A stretch of DNA of 64,000 nucleotides from Sphaerodactylus townsendi (taxonomy: Eukaryota): NCBI RefSeq assembly GCF_021028975.2, contig NC_059425.1, positions 82,212,001 through 82,276,000 of the forward strand. Direction: 5' to 3'. Shown piece by piece: positions 38,971-49,885 of the stretch. The notes under the pieces were generated by a model. It saw only the letters and a program-made list of their open reading frames with translations, made no database searches and was not told where the DNA came from. Positions within the stretch are counted from its first letter, which is position 1; the number at the start of each line of letters is the position of its first letter. The translations under genes were made by a program, and so were the position numbers.

Positions 38971-40109
38971 AAAAAATAATGTGGCCTTCTCTTCTTGTTT
39001 CCAAATCCTTAGATCATTTTCCATCACATGGTAAAACTTACCTCTACAATGGAGCGGGTTAGAAAAATATGTGATACCTCCAAACATTAAACCAAGCAAT
39101 CACAGGACTCTAAAAAGCCTACAAGACACTGTATGCCATCCATATCCCTGGATCAATGTAATGCCTCCATACTAACCTTATTATTTTTTGTGCCTTAAAA
39201 AGATTGAAGTGCTCATGAAATGAATAACCCCTTTACGTTGGCTGTCTTACTGTTCTTGACGCACAAATGTTTTGACTTATAAACTCATCTTTCAAGATTC
39301 ATAAGTAATTTGTTAACAGTTGCAGGAAGACAACAGAGCATTTTAGGAGACAGCATGGCTGGATACTAACACTCCTAGAAGCTGTCTGACAAGTTCAAAT
39401 GGAAAAATCTACAGCCCAGTCCAACACATACACAAACAAAATGCCAGGAATGTAGAAAGAGAAGCATTTTCCCTAGCTCTCCTAAACAATACATTATTGG
39501 TAAAATGGGCCATTTTATTCCAAATTGCGTTACAAACTAAGTAAAAGCGTACAGCACCGCAAATAGCAGATTTATGAAAATATCTTCCAAAAACTGTGGC
39601 ATGTCTCTCTCTATAATAGCCAGTGGCCAAATTCATTTGCATCACAATAAACTGCAGTATGTAAAGTACATTTTGATCAAGCCCCAGTTTCTTAAGATAT
39701 CCAATGAAGCCATTTGGGGATGGAGGCTGGGGAGGGAAGGGACCTCAGCTGAATATAATGCCATGACGTCTGCTCCCAAAGCAGCCATTTCTCCAGGAAA
39801 ACATTTCTGTAGCCTGAAGATCAGTTGTAATTCCAAGAGACTTCCAAACCTCACCTGAAAGGAGGCAATCCTAGATATTATAGGAGGGAAATGACACAAA
39901 GAAGCAAACAAGCTGCCCTCAGTTATGCACTTATCTGGCTTTGCTACTTATCAGTGGCAGACTGAGCGGGTTACCACAAAAGATGGTTTTCAAACTATGG
40001 CTCATTATCATACTTGAATACAGCCACCATGAATAAGCAACTTCTTCAATCACAAAAATTCAGTGGCATGAATGCAAACGCAACTAGAAAACACTTACTG
40101 ATTGGGGAA

Positions 40110-40992
40110 CCAATATATACCCCACTGTGGGACAGGAAAAATAAAGAACCATTATTGAAAATCAATATATACCCCACTGTGGGACAGGAGAAATAAAGAA
40201 CTATTATTTAAAATAAAAATGGTTCTTTTTCTTTCTTTAGATCAACTGATCAGCAAGAAAGATAATATCACTAAGGAATGCGGAATATCACTAAGGGCCA
40301 AAGAAGTGAAAGAGAGCACATCTTATAAACCTTTTAGGCCTACCCAGATAAATAAGAGGACCTACGTAAATAAACACAGAAATGAAGAGATCAAAGGTTA
40401 GAATAGAGATTAATCTGATCAGATAATTGAAAATGTGTATTTTAATGAACACTGAACTGATAGTGAAATATTTGAAAATTATAATATTTGAAAATTATAA
40501 CATATATTCTACTAGAATCACATATTATAATTGTCACAATCATTTTAACCTTTTAAAGTGAATAAGATGTATGTGAAATCTTTACACCCTGAAGAGGCAT
40601 CTCCCTGGGAAAACCCCACCCTCAGGAACATTGGGAACTATCTATCTTGATTAAAACCCAGAAATATTGAATTCAGTTTATTGCCCCCTTTGCCTATGGG
40701 AAAGGACATGTAGCCTAGGGCAGAGAAGGACAGAACTTTCCAACTTTTGTGTAACAAGAATCAGACAAGCCAGTTTGATTTTAAGGTAAAGGAATGAATG
40801 CATATCTGGGAGAAAAATGATCATATGGGATATATATATGGTTATGATTATGAATTATGATGTATGTATTCTTTGTATCTATAAAAGATGACGGTCTTTA
40901 TCTGTTTGGGTGTGACACTGTCATAGAGAGACCACTTTGCGGGTGAAATATCTATTTCTACACAGTTAAACAGTTAAACACAGTGTGTAACA
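40110..40992 (+). mobile_element. Possible LTR-like element with a ~53-bp tandem duplication at its left edge
   Basis: caatatataccccactgtgggacagg..aaataaagaac occurs twice (40110, 40163). TATAAAA lies near 40880 and the end is tgtgtaaca. No TSD found. Confidence 0.3.
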
Positions 40993-40999
40993 CTTCTCT

Positions 41000-41290
41000 C
41001 TGTGATACACCTCTGAAGATGCCAGCCACAGATGGAGGCGAAACGTTAGGAACAAGATCTACCAGACCACGTCCATACAGCCTGGAAAGCCCACAACAAC
41101 CAGCAACTAGAAAAACTTACACTATTTTGACAAGACTTTACTAAAGGTTTTTTTGTTTGGGTGCTGTGTGGTTTCCGGGCTGTATGGACGTGTTCTAGCA
41201 GCATTTGGCCGTTCTAGCAGAACACGGCCATACAGCCTGGAAACCACACAGCACCCAAGTGATTCCGGCCGTGAAAGCCTTCGACAATAC
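41000..41290 (+). mobile_element. Penelope-like element terminal (pLTR) fragments, direct and inverted
   Basis: Segments ctgaagatgccagccacag...gcgaaacgttagg...ccatacagcctggaaa and a terminal ttccggccgtgaaagccttcgacaatac, plus an inverted copy at 41157-41196. Confidence 0.8.
41010..41050 (+). ncRNA. Minimal type I hammerhead ribozyme motif (Penelope-associated)
   Basis: CCT-CTGAAGA-T-GCC[13 nt]GGC-GAAA-CG-T-T-AGG: CUGANGA and GAAA cores, helix II GCC/GGC, helix I CCT/AGG, and a palindromic minimal helix III. Confidence 0.65.
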
Positions 41291-41536
41291 TTTTTTTTGT
41301 TTCTTTTTTATTTCACTGTTATTACTGTTTTTGTTTTAAAGCTGGTTTAAATACTATTTTTATTTTTATTTGCATGTGACTATTCCAGGAGGTTTTCAGG
41401 AAATGAAAATACCTTTTTTTGTGAGTGTTTGTATACACACACATACAGAGAGAGAGAGAGAAGATCACATTTTTACATTTCCACTCTCCCTCTCTGACTA
41501 TAGAGAATATGGATGAGTGCACTGGAGACTCATAAC

Positions 41537-41991
41537 AAGAGGTGTGCATTTGGCAAAGGTGAACTGAGAACTCCTGAAAAATACCTTATTGGTATTTATG
41601 AGGGTTATCCTGAAAAATGGGGGCATTTTAAGGGAGTCCAAAAACTGCTCCCAAATCATTTTTAAAAAAACCTCCCCCCTTCTTCCATCTCCCCCTCTTT
41701 AACCTGCTAGTCGGGTCTCGGGGGCAGCAGCCAGTGCAGAGAGTTGAATACCAAACTTGGTTGACCTGAACCCAGCATTGAGCTCTTCACCATTGCCGCC
41801 TCCGAAGTGCATGCAGACTTTGGAGGCAGTTGGAATTTTTCAGGTGTGGGTTTAATAGATCCCAGAAATTTTGAATTCCTGAAAAAAGCCAGTATGGGGA
41901 TTTGGCTTTTTGGGGTGGAAAGTATTTTGAAAATTTCTGGGATTACTAAACTGAATTTGAAAAATAATGGAAAAAATGGTGCACAACCCTA
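41537..41991. mobile_element. hAT MITE (TAGGG-type TIR)
   Basis: Ends aagaggtgtgca...tgcacaacccta with perfect 8-bp TSD ctcataac. Confidence 0.8.
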
Positions 41992-42019
41992 CTCATAACA
42001 TCTCTCTGTCATGCTAGCC

Positions 42020-42530
42020 ATACAAAAACAAAAGAAGAGCTCTGCGGGATCAGATCAGTGATCCGTTTAGTCCAGCATTCAATTTTACATAGTGGCTAAC
42101 CAGTTACCCTAGATAGAAGGTCAACAAACATGGTGTAGTGGCCAAAGCCTTCCTCCAATACTTCCTCTCAGTACTAGCAATTAGTACTGACATTTAACTT
42201 AGCAAGGCACTGATAGACTCATTGAGGATAGTTCTAGTTACCCTCTTTTAAAGTCATCTGTGCCTGTGGCCATCAATATGTTCACTGGGAGTGAATCCCG
42301 CAATTTATCAATTCAGTAAAGAACCTCTTTCTTTTATATACCTCAACCTGTCACCCATCAACTTCTTTGGGTGCGCCTGCATTTTAGTATTATGGGAAAG
42401 AGTATTATGGAAAAAGGTCTCTCAATCTCAGGATTACCACATGTACTGGAGGGTAGAAGGCAGAATAAGAAGCACCAGGGAGGAATGAGTAACAGAAGTC
42501 TCACATGCTCATGGCAAGATATACAAGTTC
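42020..42530 (-). mobile_element. Old CR1 3' fragment
   Basis: ggatcagatcagtgatccgtttagtccagc...ttttagtattatggga parallels the CR1 at 27157-27560. Confidence 0.65.
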
Positions 42531-43554
42531 CAAAATCATTTGGGACTTGCACATTTCAGTGAGAGTGTTGTGAACTTTTCCCATTTGCAAACTAACTGCA
42601 AATTCAGAGGCCCCCAAAGTCACTCAAATCAGCTTTTCACCACATTCCAGAGCTACCTCTAAAACTCAGGCAATTATCTGTTTAGTTGAAAACCATGCCA
42701 TTTCATTTTTCTCAATGAAAAATTCAAAAGAAGGAAAAATGAAATGTAAAATATATATATTCACATCTTGAAATTAAAATAGCATAGTTATTGACTAAAA
42801 TTCACTTACAAACTTGCCAAGGGTTTTTTTTTTAAAAAAAACTAGTTATCAAGTATCTCAACTCCCATTCTAGAATACACTGTGGTCAGATAGCAAGGGT
42901 TAATGTAAACAATGAGAATCTTTCCTTGTTTCTATCATAATTAAGTTGTTTCCCCCCAGCACTTTTACCTCTCTATCCCTCTTATTTATTGTCAGGCAAA
43001 TGTATACAAAATGTTCACCCTGATTATGCCTGAAACCTGTTTGCAAGATGAATAAGGTAGATACAAGGAAAAGAAACCAGACATCCCCGCAGAATCATTT
43101 TATCTACCTTCTATAGCAAACATGAGACTGACTGCAAGCTTATCATGAGAGAATTTCTCCCATCATTCAACCCAGTGAGAAAGGAAGCCACTTCCCTGCT
43201 ACTAAGCATTAATAATTTTGTCTAAATAAGTATCTGTAGTAGACAGATTCATTTCCTACTGGCTCCAACTAGGCTTGCTGCAGATACCCTTACAGTTTGC
43301 CAGAGTCTACCAGGACATGACTAATTTAAACAGACTGACAAGGCTGGAATGTTCATGTGGCTGAAAGTTAAAGTAGCCAGGATAAACTTTCCAACAATAA
43401 GCTATAAGTAGCCAGCATTGCCATTTTTATGAAAAAGATACTCCTAAAACTATATTTATTGGCCTATTATTTTGGTACTTTGTGGGGGAAAAAACCCTGA
43501 GTGCAACAACTATAATTTTAACAGGCAGTATGGTTTCTATTTGCTTTTCCAAAA

Positions 43555-44160
43555 TTCATGGTATGCTGAGAGGTAAGCACCAGTTACCCATCTGTTTCCA
43601 GGCACAAATCAAAGTGCTGGTTCTTTAAAGTCCAAAATGGCTTGGGAAAAGGATATCTGAAACATTGTCTCCTCCTGTGTTATCCAGCCTAGCAGTTCAG
43701 AAGTGAGGCGGGTGATGATTAAAGATCGGGGAATTTCTCATGGCAACTCACCTTTGGAACTCTTCTGAAGATCGTTTCAGAGGGAAGCGATGTTGCTCTG
43801 CAGTAGAAGAGTTAGATTTGAGTCCACTAACACCTTAGAAATGAACAAGATTTTTTGGGGGGAAAGCTTCCCAGAGTCAAAGCTCCTTGAGGTTGACCTG
43901 GAGACTACTTTACTACCGTCTTTTAGGAACCAGGCTTTTAATTAGGGGTTTTATCTTGCTAGCTTTTTAATGGTCTGCTTCTGTTTTGAGATCTGTTGTA
44001 TCGATAGATTTATGTGGTTTATGTCCAGTGGTGCATTTTTGTGATTCCAAATTTTGGTTTTAATGTTTTTTATGTACTGTTTTATCTATGTTGTAAGCTA
44101 CCTTAAGCTCCTTAAGGAAGAAAGGTGACTATTAAATGTTTTACACAAATGAATAATTTA
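43555..44160 (+). mobile_element. Old L2 3' fragment interrupted by a short repeat (~43780-43915)
   Basis: Degraded H.LPICF.AQ.KVLV segment and an L2-like tail. Confidence 0.45.
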
Positions 44161-44267
44161 AATGGCATTTTGTATTTTCAAGTTATTGTAATTGTAAGCT
44201 ACCTCAAGTAGGTCTCTGAATAGGTGACATAGAAATATCCTTAAGAAATAATAAACATTCTTGGACA

Positions 44268-44480
44268 GCCCTAACACAATCTTATCAGAACTTAGAAGCT
44301 CAGCATCTTAGAAGCTAAACAGGGTTGGCAACAATTAGTACTCGGATGGGAAACTACCAAGGAAGGATGGGTTTGCTACATAGAAGGCAATGGTGAGCCA
44401 CCTTTGTTTATCTCATGCCTTGAAAACTCCTTGGGCATTACCATAAGTCAGTTGTGCCTTGACAGCAAATCATCATCACA
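44268..44480 (+). mobile_element. 5S rRNA-derived SINE
   Basis: atcttagaagctaaacagggt...ttagtactcggatgggaaactacc resembles the 5S internal control region. It has an RTE/Sauria-like tail. Confidence 0.65.
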
Positions 44481-44886
44481 TTTTTTTTAGCATTTGTGGA
44501 ATCAGAGTTCCTCATTTTATGATAGAGATGGATGATCCACTTTTGAACTTGATGCCACAATTATCATAATTAAGCTCCAAGTATGCATTTAATGCTTTGC
44601 AAATTCCTTAAGACAGGGTCCCGACCTTTTGGAGCCCGAATGTACTTTTGGAATTGTGACTGTAGTGAGTGCAGCCACACAATGGATGCTGTAGGAGGCA
44701 AAGTGACAAAAAGGCTGCCACAGTTTACTTTCAGTTATACAATGAAGATTCTTGTGTTCTGGTGGCAGCTACTGCCTGTTAGGGAAGGGTGCCCTCAAAA
44801 TTGAATAAATAAATAAATAATGGGCATTTCACTAAGATGGGATGCCTCTTGCTGATCACTGCCATTGCAAAACAAACACATAACTG

Positions 44887-45190
44887 AAGAAGAGAGAGAA
44901 GACGACTTTTGGATTTACACCCTGCTTTCCCCTCTTGTAAGGAGTCTCAATGCAGCTTACAAACTCCTTCCTTTCTTCTCCCCACAACAGACACCGTGTG
45001 AGGTAGGTGGGAATTAGAGAGTTTGGAGAGAACTGTGACTAGCCCAATGGCACCCAGCAGGCTTCATGTGTAGGAGTGGGAAAAAGTCTAGTTCCCCAGA
45101 TAAGTGTTCACTACTCATGTGGAGCAGTGGGAAATCAAACCCAGTTCTCCAGACTAGAGTCCACCACTCTTAACCACTACACCACACTGG
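44887..45190 (-). mobile_element. tRNA-derived SINE (Squam3-like)
   Basis: Minus head ccagtgtggtgtagtggttaagagtggtggactctagtctggagaactgggtttgatttccc (A and B boxes), with a (CTT)-type tail. Confidence 0.8.
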
Positions 45191-46571
45191 TATCCTCTGT
45201 GCCAGGATGTCACATCCAGGTATACCCATTGAGTTTCTGACGACTGCTAAAGCTGCTTGTTGTCAATTCTGAGTTGCATCTGTAAATGGCATAGAGACAT
45301 CCCCGATGTCACATTCCCCACCGCTCCTGTTGGCTGCTATCCTTTAGAGGAAAAGGAGATTTAACGAGGGAGGAATGGTTGCATAAGATAATGTGTGTGC
45401 ATGAGAGAGACAGATATGCAGCATGTTCTCCATGGAACCTCAAAGGCCTATCATAAACCTGATTAAAAAGAGAAATTAAGGAACTGCAAAACTTAGGGAA
45501 TGGATAAAAGGAAAGATGGTGCATCAAAGCTTAAGAGTGGTGTATGTAAGAGGGGCTAAAATAGTTGAACCACAAGCATATTTGACTGTGTCTGGGAGAG
45601 ATCTAACTCTAAGCCACTCTTTTTTTTTATCTGCTCACTTACTGTACCATCCTAAAAATGCTTTCCTGGAAGGAAATCCAACTGAATAGACCTGAACAAG
45701 TTTCCAAGTAGATCTCTTTAGGACTGCACTGTCAAGAACTTTGCTCTTATTGGTGGGTGGTATAATAAATGTAATGAATAAATAAATAAATATGGTAGAA
45801 ATACTCCACCCTTCTAACCTTCCAAACACATGAATAATATTTCCCATGTCTCATTCTCAACTGAAATTGACTGGTTCCTATTTCGAAAGCAAACAAAAGA
45901 TTCTTTAAATATATTCTAAGAGGATGTACTTTGTGCTATAAGATTTAATGCCCTTCTTTGGAAGAAACAGTGACAGCTTCCCTGTATGCTCCTTCCTATG
46001 CAATACACAATGCCAGATTTTAAATCGTTCAACAGCAAGCTTTAAATCATCCTGCCGAGTAATCTGTAGGGAGACATACCAGTCTTTCTTCAGAGAGAGA
46101 TCAATGAGCTGTGGAGACATGTTGGCCAGGAATCTCTCCTTTCATCTAGATGTACAATATGACACACCAGGTGCCAGCTTAACTGCTATTCTTGCAGGAA
46201 TGGGCAACTTTTATAGTCAAGCAACTCCAAGATGCATATTGGGATTTGAAAGTGTGGAAACAGCTACTAGTTCAAAATAATCAAATCAGGTTGGAGAGAT
46301 GCTCCATAAATAATTCAGATAATTTTACTTCAGCTTATGTATGTGATAACGTCTGTACAATGTAGCTTTAGTATTTGCACTCAATATAAAGTCATCACAA
46401 GCTTAAAAAAAGAAGGGGATGGGGGGGAAAAACCACATATATTTTATCAGACCTAGGGATGGATCTTTTATTTCACCTTTACAACTGTGTGAAAACACTT
46501 GATTAGGCATATTCTTAAAAAGCTGGAATTCCTGCTATGATGTAAGGGCTATTTTGTACCTGAAGTGGGTA

Positions 46572-46574
<3 letters not shown>

Positions 46575-46629
<55 letters not shown>

Positions 46630-47146
46630 GTGCCATCAAGTCACAGCCAATTTATGGCAATTCCACAGGGTTTTCAAGGAACTGACTAACATTGCCTGCC
46701 TCTGCACAGTCATCCTGGAATTCCTTGGTGGTCTCCTACCCAGACACTAAGCAGAGCCAATTCTGCTTAGCTTTTGAGATATGAAGAAGAAGCAGAAGAA
46801 GCAGAAGAAGCAGCAGCAGCAGCGTCTTTGGATTTATATCCCCCCTTTCTCTCCTGCAGGAGACTCAAAGGGGCTTACATTCTCCTTGCCCTTCCCCCCT
46901 CACAACAAACACCCTGTGAGGTAGGTGGGGCTGAGAGAGCTCCAAGAAGCTGTGACTAGCCCAAGGTCACCCACCTGCTGTGTGTGGGAGTGTACAGGTT
47001 AATCTGAATTCCCCAGATAAGCCTCCACAGCTCAGGCGGCAGAGCTGGGAATCAAATCCGGTTCCTCCAGATTAGATACACGAGCTCTTAACCTCCTACG
47101 CCACTGCTGACAAGATCAGGATGGTTTAGGCTATTCAGGTCAGGGC
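46575..47146 (-). mobile_element. 5S-derived SINE with (CA)n tail, split by a nested Squam3-like SINE at ~46783-47107
   Basis: The host reads ...ctgcttagcttttgagat | gacaagatcagg...caggtcagggc on either side of the insert. (GT)n at 46575-46626. Confidence 0.7.
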
Positions 47147-48979
47147 TATATCGCTATAGTATCATAGAAATTATCATTCCTTTTTAAAAGCCATCCAGGT
47201 CAGGGAGAAGAAGAAGTTTAGTCAACAAGAAAACAAGTTTCAAGCAAGTTTTTTAAAAAAAACCTGACCCTGAGGTGCAAAATTTTCTCACATAAGACCG
47301 AATGGAAAGAGAACAATCTAGGTAACCTTTCTGCTACCTGAGGTAAACATGAGATGAGTATGCCAAGAGGACCAACTGAATCTTCAAGACATCCACATTA
47401 TCCTTCACCTCCCTATTAGCTTCTCAGAGATCTCTCATGAACAATCTGGAGGATTACCTATCAGTTTTAGTAGCTAGCTATCAAACTAGGCTATCAAGAC
47501 TAGGAAGACTTTTTATTGGCACACTCCTATTGGCACACAGAGCAGTTTAATTTCCCCAGAGAAATTTTTGAACTGGAAAATGTTTTAAGCTGCATTTTTA
47601 ACCTTCAGGAGCATTAACCAATACTGTATGTATGAGAAGGACATTTACCTTAGGAGAGTCCTGTGGGCTGTAGTCATGATGACAGAAAATATACAGGGGT
47701 AACCACTTGACAGAAAGTTTCTGAAAAGTGATGCTTACGTTTCTCAGCTGTTCGGCTTTTTATTCAAAATGTGAGCCTGTTTTCACTGACACATTTTTAC
47801 CTGGCAATGGTATCAAGCAGAAATGGGCAGAGTAATATGGGCAGTTGCACCGCTTGCAAAAATAATGCTTAAGATATGACAAACTTCCAAGCTTCTCCCA
47901 TTTAAAATAAATGGAGGGAGCTATACTGATGCATCTTTACCCCATCTCCCTTATGGGAAGCAAAGAGAGGCAGTTGGTTTCAGGAACAGAACCTTCTTTT
48001 TCATTTTGCACCCTGACTAAGACAAAAGAGAAATGGAAGGGATTGGAGGGTTAGAAAACCTTGGAATGTGCAATTAAGATTCCTGCCATCAGGCTGGAAA
48101 GCTAAGTTGCTCCAACTTAGGCAAATACATTCTAAGTGAAGAATAAAGATAGCCAGTAAAAGAACAGAGTGCAGTCACACTCCATCGTTGTCAGTGTTGA
48201 ACTAAGTAAATCCTTGGATACCCTCACGTATTATGAATGCTTGGAATGTAACCCATTGTTCAGAAAACAATATCTGGTTACTCGAAGATTCAGTACACAC
48301 AAGATTCACTTGTTTTTTCTCCTTTAAGTCTGCATTCAAAAAAATCTAGAATTAAAAAAGGGTCAAAGGTATCAGAGCAAGTTAAAATATAGACTTAGCA
48401 GGTGCAACATTTAGACATAGTGATGTCAAGAGGAAGATGTCAGTGACTATTAAAAACTTGCCTGAGATTCTTCTGGAATATGGGGAGATGCTGTCACGGT
48501 GCTGTTGCAACCAAGTAAAATTTATCAGCTTTTCAAAGGTGTGGTACCAGTAAAAACTAACGTAGGGGACTGTTCACTTTACATTACCAGGGCAAACCAA
48601 AAGGAACTGAGATAATACTAAAATAATTTACAAGAAAATATTGACATAATGATATGTAAATGAGCTTATTAGAAGTGCCTTGTTGGAAGGCATCTCAAGG
48701 TCAAATTCTCTGATGGCTGGATTCCATGGATTTCAACAACCCTTGGTAGTTGTCCACCCAACGTGCTTTTTAAATACCAAAACCTTGCTGCTGCCCAACC
48801 ATTGTTATCATGGGGTGTCTTCTGGATATTCAACAAAAAAAGGAGTTTAGTTCCTCTCATTTTTTTAATGATCTTGGAAAATCCTAATTTTTGTGGGTGG
48901 TATTGGAAAACTGCTTTTATACGTTCTTAATGTTCTATGCTCCCTGGTACCAATATAACTCATGTCATCATTAATCTAC

Positions 48980-49198
48980 NNNNNNNNNNNNNNNNNNNNN
49001 NNNNNNNNNNNNNNNNNNNNNNNNNNNNNNNNNNNNNNNNNNNNNNNNNNNNNNNNNNNNNNNNNNNNNNNNNNNNNNNNNNNNNNNNNNNNNNNNNNNN
49101 NNNNNNNNNNNNNNNNNNNNNNNNNNNNNNNNNNNNNNNNNNNNNNNNNNNNNNNNNNNNNNNNNNNNNNNNNNNNNNNNNNNNNNNNNNNNNNNNNN
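48980..49198. other. Assembly gap (219 N)
   Basis: Run of N. Confidence 1.
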
Positions 49199-49885
49199 AA
49201 GGGCTCGGTACGATGAACAATATAATATATAGAAGCAATAGCAAGGAGCAAATCTGAGTACAATACAAACATAGGCTCCGTCAATAAAACATCTTAAAAT
49301 ACATACAAAACGGCTAACAATTAGCAAATTAAACAAGAAGCGTCCAGGATCAATTTAAAAGCCACCCCAAAGAAGGGAGGGGCGGCAGGCCCCTCAATAT
49401 GAGAACTCTGTTGTACCAGTGCCAAAGCAGAAGAACAGTGGGAACCATATCAGCGGCTGGACACTCCAAAGGCCCGGTGGAACAACACAGATCTTACAGG
49501 CCCTGCAGAGAACTCACCAAGGTCCCGCCAGGTGCCGGACAGTGGTGGGAGGGTGTTCCACCAGGCGAGGGCCAAGCTGTGAAAGTCCCTGGCCCGTGTG
49601 GAGGCCAGCGCATCGTGAGGGGCGAGGGACCACCAGCAAGTGGCCTCTGCTGAGCAGAGGCGAGTAAAGACATATATGGGGTGATGCGGTCCCGAAGGTA
49701 CGAGGGTCCCAGACCGCGAAATGCCTTAAAGGTCAGAATCCACACCTTGAAGATGATTCGGAATTCAAAAGGGAGCCAATGCAGCTGGCGCAACACAGGC
49801 TGGATATGCTCTCTAAAGGCGCCTCCTGTGAGCAGGCGCGCAGCTGCATTTTGGACCAGCTTTAGTTTCCGAATCAAACGCAATT
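49199..49885 (-). mobile_element. L2 LINE 3' fragment (second copy at 51401-51915)
   Basis: Minus ORF LIRKLKLVQNAAARLLTGG..LHWLPFEFRIIFKV, same family as 9730-11754. Confidence 0.88.

Noticed and set aside
44268-44370. 5S rRNA gene
   Set aside because: Heavily diverged, partial and fused to a SINE tail. The tRNA-like heads elsewhere are likewise SINEs, not tRNA genes.
45850-46330. Possible coding exon (ORFs 45905-46120 and 45948-46280)
   Set aside because: No splice-consistent match to FMN2. At best it is a very decayed LINE ORF2 remnant, too weak to call.
48937-49336. ORFs spanning the N run
   Set aside because: Artefacts of the assembly gap.
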